16,219 nt of DNA. Source: a virus. Lineage: Duplodnaviria > Heunggongvirae > Uroviricota > Caudoviricetes. The notes under the pieces were generated by a model that searched no databases, was not told the DNA's origin, and saw nothing but the letters and a program-made list of their open reading frames with translations. This document shows positions 14,485 to 16,219 of the stretch, piece after piece. The translations under genes were made by a program, and so were the position numbers. Within the stretch, counting starts at the first letter, position 1. Each line of letters begins with the position of its first letter. Location of the stretch: the IMG/VR virus record IMGVR_UViG_2537562231_000027. The stretch is one strand, 5' to 3'.

Positions 14485-14601
14485 ATGTTCGCTCTGATTA
14501 ATCAGGGACAACTGTATACCGACAGTGCCGGTTACCCGGTAAAAATTGTTCGCTGCATAAACAACACCGTGTTGTACAGAAGATGTGAAGCGAATGTTTG
14601 A
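14485..14601 (+). CDS. Hypothetical small protein (38 aa)
   Basis: ATG with strong SD AGGAGA 5-6 nt upstream; track ORF trimmed from an upstream alternative start. Confidence 0.4.
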   Translation: MFALINQGQLYTDSAGYPVKIVRCINNTVLYRRCEANV

Positions 14602-14644
14602 AGTGTGGTGCCACTGCCGTGGATGAAAGTTTTATGAGGTTGGC

Positions 14645-14899
14645 ATGCAGACAATCATCTATCAGATAACCCCCAGCAAATGGTGTACGGAGAGAGTCCT
14701 CATTGCATCAACAGGGCTAAAGCCTGGCACCATCGAGCGAGCCAGAAGAAAGTCATGGATGCAGGGAAAAGAATACCGCCATTACGCTGTAGAAGGTGAT
14801 CCGGGGCATTACAGTGAATGCCTGTACAACATCGAAGAAATTATGCGATGGATCGAAAACCAGAAACAACCAGGTGCCAAAAATGCAAGTTCCGGTTAA
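14645..14899 (+). CDS. Excisionase-like protein (DUF1233-type putative Xis)
   Basis: ITPSKWCTERVLIASTGLKPGTIERARRKSWMQGKEYRHY resembles excisionase-like proteins found upstream of prophage integrases. SD GAGG 5 nt upstream. Confidence 0.7.
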   Translation: MQTIIYQITPSKWCTERVLIASTGLKPGTIERARRKSWMQGKEYRHYAVEGDPGHYSECLYNIEEIMRWIENQKQPGAKNASSG

Positions 14900-14932
14900 C
14901 CTGTTAATGCTCCTGGACGTCTGGGAGGTTTT

Positions 14933-16219
14933 ATGAGTAACGCATCATACCCGACAGGCGTTGAAAACCATGGAGGATCACTCCGTATATGGTTTCACTA
15001 TAATGGCAAACGTGTCAGAGAAAACCTCGGTGTTCCTGACACCGCCAAAAACCGGAAGATCGCTGGTGAGCTTCGCACTTCTGTTTGTTTTGCAATCAGA
15101 ATGGGGAGTTTCGACTACGCCGCGCAGTTCCCTAATTCCCCTAACCTGAAACACTTTGGTCTGGGAAAAAGAGAGATAACCGTTAAGGCACTTTCGGAAA
15201 AATGGTTGGACCTTAAGAAAATTGAGATTTGTGCGAATGCACTTAACCGTTACCAGTCAGTAATTAAAAACATGTTACCAATGTTAGGTGAAAAAAAACT
15301 GGTTTCATCCATAACAAAAGAGGATTTACTTTTCGTAAGGAGAGATTTGTTGACCGGTTACCAAAAGCTTTCTAATGGAAAGACTTCTTCCATAAAAGGG
15401 CGCTCAGTGGTCACGGTAAACTACTATATGACAACCATAGCTGGAATGTTTCAATTTGCAACAGATAATGGTTATACCTCAGGAAACCCATTTAACGGTC
15501 TGGCTCCCTTAAAAAAGTCCAAGGTAAAACCAGATCCTCTCACCCGTGACGAATTTATTCGTTTTATTGAGGCCTGCCGTCATCAACAAACAAAAAACCT
15601 GTGGATTCTCGCTGTATACACGGGTATTCGTCACGGGGAGTTGGTATCGCTGGCATGGGAAGATATAGACCTTAAAGCAAGGACTATAACCATCCGTAGA
15701 AATTATACAAAACTTGGCGAATTCACTCCACCAAAAACCGATGCTGGCACCGGAAGGACAATTCATCTGGTTCAACCAGCTATTGATGCTCTTAAAAGCC
15801 AGGCGGAAATGACCATGCTTGGAAAGCAACATTCTGTAGAGGTAAAGCAGAGGGAATATGGGAGAACAGCTGTGCATAAATGTACTTTTGTTTTTAGCCC
15901 TCAGGTAATAAAACAGCAGCAGTTGTCTGGACCTCACTACAAAGTTGACTCCATCAGGGAGTCATGGACAAGTATCTTAAAACGCGCAGGTCTGAGACAC
16001 AGAAAATCGTACCAATCCAGGCATACTTATGCATGCTGGTCACTTGCCGCTGGAGCTAATCCTAGTTTTATCGCAAGCCAGATGGGCCACACAAACGCAC
16101 AAATGGTATTCAATGTTTACGGAGCATGGATGAAAGACAACAATCACGAACAGATAGAACTCCTTAACAAAAGACTATCTGAAAGTGTCCCATGTATGCC
16201 CCATAAGAAAGTGGGGTAA
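14933..16219 (+). CDS. int: Tyrosine site-specific integrase (lambda Int family)
   Basis: C-terminal catalytic region includes LAVYTGIRHGELVSLAWEDIDL, HTYACWSLAAGANPSFIASQMGHTN and VYGAWM (catalytic Tyr); N-terminal arm-binding-like domain. Stop codon is the last triplet of the window. Confidence 0.9.
   Translation: MSNASYPTGVENHGGSLRIWFHYNGKRVRENLGVPDTAKNRKIAGELRTSVCFAIRMGSFDYAAQFPNSPNLKHFGLGKREITVKALSEKWLDLKKIEICANALNRYQSVIKNMLPMLGEKKLVSSITKEDLLFVRRDLLTGYQKLSNGKTSSIKGRSVVTVNYYMTTIAGMFQFATDNGYTSGNPFNGLAPLKKSKVKPDPLTRDEFIRFIEACRHQQTKNLWILAVYTGIRHGELVSLAWEDIDLKARTITIRRNYTKLGEFTPPKTDAGTGRTIHLVQPAIDALKSQAEMTMLGKQHSVEVKQREYGRTAVHKCTFVFSPQVIKQQQLSGPHYKVDSIRESWTSILKRAGLRHRKSYQSRHTYACWSLAAGANPSFIASQMGHTNAQMVFNVYGAWMKDNNHEQIELLNKRLSESVPCMPHKKVG

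Noticed and set aside
15509-15937. Minus-strand 142-aa ORF inside the integrase gene
   Set aside because: Antisense shadow ORF within the AT-rich integrase coding region.

Overview
This window is the early/immunity half of a lambdoid (Rac/DLP12-like) prophage from an Enterobacteriaceae genome, read in reverse relative to the lambda map. The minus strand carries the rightward operon: Cro-like (YdaS-type) HTH, Rha-family regulator, two small unknown genes, an O-like replication initiator with an embedded iteron/AT-rich origin, a DnaC-like helicase loader, a DnaB-like helicase, a small coiled-coil protein, a Cys/His-rich HNH-like protein, a QuuD-type Q antiterminator, a small wHTH ORF and a partial N6-adenine DNA methyltransferase running off the left edge. 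The plus strand carries a cI/LexA-type repressor, then a separately promoted accessory operon of unknown function, two independent IS1 insertions (each with its own 9-bp target duplication, one of them splitting a gene), a membrane module (small 2-TM protein coupled to an SPFH/band-7 lipoprotein), small unknown genes, an excisionase-like gene and a tyrosine integrase ending at the window edge. No N homologue, recombination genes, tRNA or CRISPR array were seen. The two best candidates for an undescribed system are the accessory operon in the rex-equivalent position (9211-12067) and the membrane/SPFH module (13029-14601). All calls come from reading the sequence and the supplied ORF track, which uses ATG/GTG/TTG starts; no database search was run, so family names are recollection and need HMM/BLAST confirmation.
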